A DNA stretch of 64,000 nucleotides from positions 1 to 64,000 of the forward strand of contig CATNEN010000020.1 in NCBI GenBank assembly GCA_950097015.1, written 5' to 3'. The notes below the pieces were generated by a model. That model was given only the letters and a program-made list of their open reading frames with translations. It had not been told where the DNA came from and searched no databases. The position numbers were made by a program, and so were the translations under genes. Of this stretch, positions 59,353-64,000 are shown one piece after another. The stretch's first letter is position 1. Every line of letters begins with the position of its first letter. The stretch is from Macrostomum hystrix (Eukaryota; Animalia; Platyhelminthes).

Positions 59353-61119
59353 AAAGAGATTTCCGCCATTTTCGATTTTCACCCACAGTGTTCGCCTGAT
59401 ATTCAAGCACCTAGGCTATCAAGACTTCACTGATGTCACGGTACAGGTCATCGGCGCTGAAGACGCATTTGGAGCCTCCGGCATGAGCAGCCCAGTGAGT
59501 AGTCTTGAGCCTTCACTTAATGCGAATCGTTGCCCACGCCTATTCAATGCGACTCGCTGTGTCAACTATTTTTAAGACCTGCTGACGTAATAACTTTGAA
59601 ATTGATGTCTAATTAGTTTTTTAATACGCGCTTTAGCAAATTGAAATCTCATTTTTCCACTTAATAGTTTGTAATCTATTATGCTCTTAAATAAACTCCG
59701 ATAACCACTGATAGAGCTTAAGATTCTGTTTAATTAAGATATATTTTTTGCCTGCCCGTATAAAGACAAATTCTAATTGGGCAAGGAGTGTTTGCACTGT
59801 CTGATTGTGTGAGTGTGTTCAGAGGTCTGCGGAATGGTATATTAGACTAATTTATGCGACTATTAAACGTCGCCAAAATCTATAAAGTACATTTGATGGT
59901 TCGAAGTTTCTTAATACGTATTTAGTGTAATATAGATAGACTGGCAGAAATGCCCATTCGAAGATATGTGTACAGCTGTTCAGTACTTGGACCGCACGCA
60001 TACCTGATTTTCTTCCCCAGGTAATGGGAAATAGAGTATCTTGCTTTATAACACATTATGTTTCCCTGTGGTCTGAGATTCTCTTTACGAGCTCCAAAAT
60101 TCTGACCAATACGGTACAGGCTTGATATTTCCGCATTAGTAGTTTTTGTATTATTCTCTTTGATTTTAATGAATCATCACTCTGAATACCCAGCAGGCGC
60201 CACGCGAAGCCGCCCTGTGGCTGGCTGCCAAGCACCAGTCCAAGGAGGCGCTGGAGGTGCTGTCGCGAGAAATCGCTCCGGCGGGCACCGGCATGGCGCC
60301 CGGTCTAACGGCGCTGGTGGGCGGCCGGCCAAAAGTATCCCCGGTGCTGCGCCTAGTCACGCATCAGGTTAACAGGGCCTCACTGAAGCCGCAGGTGCAC
60401 TTTGTTGGTGGTAGAACTATTGATACAATCGACGCCTGGTCTGATCCGGCAGTCTTGTCTACGGCAAAGGCGAAGTCAGTTGCGACGACTGATAATCTGC
60501 TAGAGAACTGTGAGACTGACGCTTCTGAGGATGAGCAGGCTTCGATGCAGGTAAGGTCCTTTGGCTATTCATACATAAACAAAACATTAGAAATAATGCA
60601 GGCCTCATTCCTAATTTGTTCCTAATTATTTTACATGCAAAGTGCACAAATTAGTATAGTAGACTAGCAAAATCTGCCCCCTTGCTCCGTTGCTCTGTTC
60701 AGGCGCAGCAAAAATTTGTCATTTCATCTGACACTACTCAAATTCTTCACCCGCAGTTGCCTTGTCGCCTAATTGACGTAGCCATTGCGCGCAGCGGTGA
60801 CAAAGGCGACGCCTGCAACATTGGCGTCCTGGCCCGCAGTCCTGAATACTATCCGCTGCTGAGGCGCCGCCTGACTGCCGCAGTCGTGGCCGACTATTTT
60901 CGGCACGTATTTCCTCCTGGGCTAGATCATCGCGCGCTGGTGCGACGCTACGAGCTGCCAGGCCTGCGGGCACTGAACTTCGTGCTGGATCAATCACTGG
61001 GCGGCGGTGGTGTAGCCTCTCTACGCTACGATCCGCAGGGCAAAGCCTACGCCCAGATGCTGCTTGACCTTGTGTTGCAGCCTGAGAACAGTCCAGCTGA
61101 TGCTGCGGCTAGTGGCTAA
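46390..61119 (+). CDS. Acyclic terpene utilisation AtuA-family (DUF1446) protein, 9 exons, about 642 aa, N-terminal mitochondrial-presequence-like peptide
   Basis: Exons 46390-46558, 46652-46752, 46873-46942, 47019-47202, 48600-48699, 58462-58943, 59389-59494, 60197-60550 and 60757-61119; all GT-AG and phase-consistent (1929 nt). Motifs [60 protein letters not shown] and [14 protein letters not shown] are typical of AtuA-like proteins. Confidence 0.9.
47420..48455. repeat. 28-bp G-rich minisatellite (ATCTGAGATAGGGATGGGGTGTTTTGGG) in AtuA intron 4
   Basis: About 37 copies. Confidence 0.95.
48764..56170. repeat. About 7.4-kb 36-bp satellite (GCAGGATTGAGTCCTGGTCTCAGTAAAGAATCTCAT) in AtuA intron 5
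   Basis: About 205 copies; explains the [12 protein letters not shown] and [12 protein letters not shown] ORFs. Confidence 0.97.
56800..57700 (-). mobile_element. Possible degenerate non-LTR retrotransposon (ORF2 C-terminal) remnant
   Basis: Minus-strand frames contain HFVL...[12 protein letters not shown] across a frameshift, resembling the LINE ORF2 C-terminal H...CP...R motif; many stops. Weak evidence. Confidence 0.25.
59051..59351 (+). mobile_element. tRNA-derived SINE with a CORE-like body and a (TAT)n(TAG)n tail, in AtuA intron 6
   Basis: A box TAGCCTAGTGG and B box GTTCGATTC; body TCCTTTAGCTAGATACTTAAC...CACTCAGCTGTTAAATGAGT; simple-repeat tail. A related inverted fragment lies at about 58000-58031. 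Confidence 0.75.
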
Positions 61120-62974
61120 GCCTAATTAGACCTACTCAAATCTGTCTAGCCTTTTTAACAGATTTTCTGTCCCTTCTGTTAACCTAAGCCATCCTTAGTC
61201 ATGTCAAGACAAATGACGATTAGGATAAGGCGGTATTCACAGCCACCCTGGGGTCCTTGGGCCCTAGATACTGTAAGTCATGGGTCGAGGGTTCATCATC
61301 ACCGTCTTGTTGTCATCTAGCAAAATTGTTGTTGCTCTCATCACAACACAATCATAATATTGGATCGAATTCCCTGGTAGTTAAACAAATTTCCTAGAAT
61401 TTTCCACCGATAAATGATGCAACCCAATGACATCTCGTCTGCTTTCCGAACACTTTTAGTACTTTTAGCACCAATAATTTCGGGACATAGGGTACAGCCT
61501 TTTTTTGCGTCAGAAGTCATCTTGTCTTAACTTTTCAATGAGATTTTATCTAATGGCTTAGGTTAACAGAAGGGACAGAAAATCTGTTAAATAGGCTACT
61601 TGTAATCATCATAGTACGGAATGTATTATTAAAGAATCCTATGATTTTTTTTCGTCCCGAGGTTATAAATGAGTCTTTCGTGTGCGCTGCATAAAGCCCT
61701 GATAAATTATTGTGATTAGGTTCGCACTGCCCTGGCACTGCATGTGCTAATTCAGCCTTGAGCCTCTTCAGCCTTGGCCATTTTTCTGTCTGTCGCGTGG
61801 TTTGTGGTACCGATCGGAAAAAATCCTGCGTTGTTACCGTCAAGCTTGGCTCTTCATTACCATCGTGTTGTTGCGAAATCCATTGTGTGCCTCTGTTCCT
61901 GTGGAGGTGCTCAGATCTTGTTATTGGTATTTTTAATCTATTTGTTTTGTTAGCAATTCTCAAAGCTTAATTTAATTGGCCGATTGCATCTATCGAGTAG
62001 GTGCCTCCTAAAGAACTTGTTGTCCTGATGTAAATTGTTGATCTGGTAGCTGTAAAATTTGATATAAAAATTTATCTGAACTTTGTAATTAAATAAAAAT
62101 TAGACTTTGAGCAAGATTTTTTGTGCCTTAACAAACGTTAGGCTTATTTGGCATTATTATTTAACGCTTTCAAATAATACTAGCTAGTCACATTACTAAT
62201 TTTCTAGTCAGTTCTATGTACGAGCTAGTTAGGAATGATTCATAAAAAGCTGGCTTTTGGAACACAGAATTCAATGGTTGCACATTGTCAGACAGCATTT
62301 ATTCGTGTCACTATTTTTTATTTGGTAAATGTCAAAATGTTTTCCTCTACAGAGCTGTTACTAGTGACGATATGCTTTTTAGGTGAATTTTCAAACAAGA
62401 GTTAGTGTAAGGCTTTAAAACTTGTTAAGTTTTGTTAAGTTTATCTAATTCTTATTTGAAGTGTTTTAACACGAAAGGCTAAAAAATGCATTATAACACA
62501 ATGTATTAACTTCACGACACTTCGCACACCTTAAGTAACTAAGCAATAATTTTTGTTAAGAAAGAACAACAGAAGATGCTATTCGCACCAAGATGAGTCA
62601 ATCGTAGCCTCGGAACGATAGACGATTCAACGGTATTGAAGTATGTGCTATTTTTTCATACTTTGCTGGTGCAAAAAAACTAATATAGTGACAACTAAAA
62701 AGTGGAAACTCTTTCTAACGAATGAAACTTAACAGGCATCACAACAGAAAGTGCCGTGAGACACAGCGACCGGCCAAGAAGCCTGTGTCTTGTGCCTGAC
62801 AAGAGCATACGAACACTTGCGACAAGATTTGACAATATTTTAGCAAGACTCGCTAGAAGTTGCTTCACAACAATAGACCAACAACGAGGCAGTGAGAATG
62901 TCTTGCTTTTGCATATCAGAAAGTGGACAATCAACTCTAGCAGATCAGCTATCCGGACCGGGCTTTCGTATTGT

Positions 62975-64000
62975 CTAGCCGATCACTCGCAGCGGTATGA
63001 CGTCCTCCTCTGTGCGATTGCTCGCCCTCTGACAGCGGCTGCGACGCTTCTTGCGCATCTTCGTCGAGACCAGGTGGTGGACCACGAACGCACTGACGGC
63101 CAAAGCGGACAGAACATTCTTCATCGGCTGCAAAATGTAGTTCAGTATCGGATAGAGATCCTGACCTACTGGCATCTTGTCGTGAACGGAAGCAGCACGG
63201 ATCAGGCCGGTGGCAGCGAGTGGCGGATAACAGATTAGCGACACACACAGCTGAAGCAGTTTCACGTTGCGGTTCATTCGGTCCAGACTTGTCAAAGCTC
63301 CGTTAGCGTTGTTTGAGTCGTTAGTTACGTTGCCGACTACCCCGTTATGATTAATAGTCGCTTTTCCAAACACGGTGCTTGGTCGCTCGATTCCGTTGCG
63401 AATCCAGAAAGTTATAACAACTCCTGCCGAGATGCTGCACACCAGCATCGGGGCGTAAACATTGGCAAACAGCTCGACAATTGCAACGACGTAGTATATT
63501 TCCAGAAATTCAGCGGTCACCCGACACTCATATTCGGACAACCAGGCAGTAGAGTTGTTCTGATTGTTCCCTTGACCGCTTAGCGATAGCCCGATGCCGT
63601 ACATCCAGATATGGTTTAGGTGAACTGCCATAGTCACCACAGCGGCTAGGCATGCGCCAATTCTCAGTCGAAATTGGCTAAAATGTTTCACTCCGAAGCG
63701 CAAATTGAAGGCAATAGCGCCTCTTTCTAGCGCAAATAATATCAGTAGGGAGGCTTGCACGCTCATTGTCAGGTTCTCGCCTAAATGGTAGAGCTTGCAA
63801 ACCCAAGTCAGGGCGTGTCGGTTTCCAATCAAATGGCCCAGTTGGCGGTTAATCAGCGCAAATGTCGCCTTATTGAGTAAGCAGGCAACGTCGGCTGCGC
63901 AATTCCAGCGCAGGATGAGAATGCAGCCGAGTCTATATCGGCTAAATGTCGGCCTGCTCATGTAGTAGATGCAAGTTAGCAGCATTACAGCGCCACTGTA
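62975..64000 (-). CDS. Rhodopsin-like (class A) GPCR, orphan/peptide-receptor-like, 5'-partial
   Basis: Several hydrophobic segments; TM3 Cys (WVCKL) and an ERG variant of the DRY motif; TM6-like LCVSLICYPP; basic tail STKMRKKRR. The frame stays open to the window edge, so the true start may lie outside. Confidence 0.8.
   Translation of the reverse strand, partial: YSGAVMLLTCIYYMSRPTFSRYRLGCILILRWNCAADVACLLNKATFALINRQLGHLIGNRHALTWVCKLYHLGENLTMSVQASLLILFALERGAIAFNLRFGVKHFSQFRLRIGACLAAVVTMAVHLNHIWMYGIGLSLSGQGNNQNNSTAWLSEYECRVTAEFLEIYYVVAIVELFANVYAPMLVCSISAGVVITFWIRNGIERPSTVFGKATINHNGVVGNVTNDSNNANGALTSLDRMNRNVKLLQLCVSLICYPPLAATGLIRAASVHDKMPVGQDLYPILNYILQPMKNVLSALAVSAFVVHHLVSTKMRKKRRSRCQRASNRTEEDVIPLRVIG

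Noticed and set aside
46390-61119. Bacterial contamination or recent HGT of atuA
   Set aside because: Eight canonical, phase-consistent spliceosomal introns and host repeats within the gene.

Overview
Eukaryotic (animal) genomic DNA with spliceosomal GT-AG introns. About half the window is tandem repeat. Composition and gene content would fit a repeat-rich invertebrate such as a free-living flatworm, but that is inference only. Genes assembled by hand with phase-consistent splice junctions: (1) a 3-exon gene (354-6314, +) encoding an N-terminal hydrophobic segment, about 14 ankyrin repeats and a Mab-21/cGAS-like nucleotidyltransferase (cGLR), which the ORF track splits into three pieces; (2) a head-to-head inverted pair of small secreted PAN/apple-domain genes, one clearly a pseudogene (27.5-29.2 kb); (3) an ShK-like exon; (4) an intronless atonal-family bHLH gene bracketed by a short inverted repeat; (5) a 9-exon AtuA/DUF1446-family gene with a 7.4-kb satellite in intron 5; (6) a 5'-partial rhodopsin-like GPCR. 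Also present: large satellites with higher-order structure, a MITE with a near-perfect 8-bp TSD, a tRNA-derived SINE and degenerate duplicated modules. The most interesting signal is the ankyrin-cGLR. Ten of its 99-bp ankyrin units are nearly identical at silent sites but vary at the canonical ligand-binding positions, as expected for a diversifying sensor fused to a second-messenger synthase. Most long ORFs in the track are artefacts of tandem repeats.
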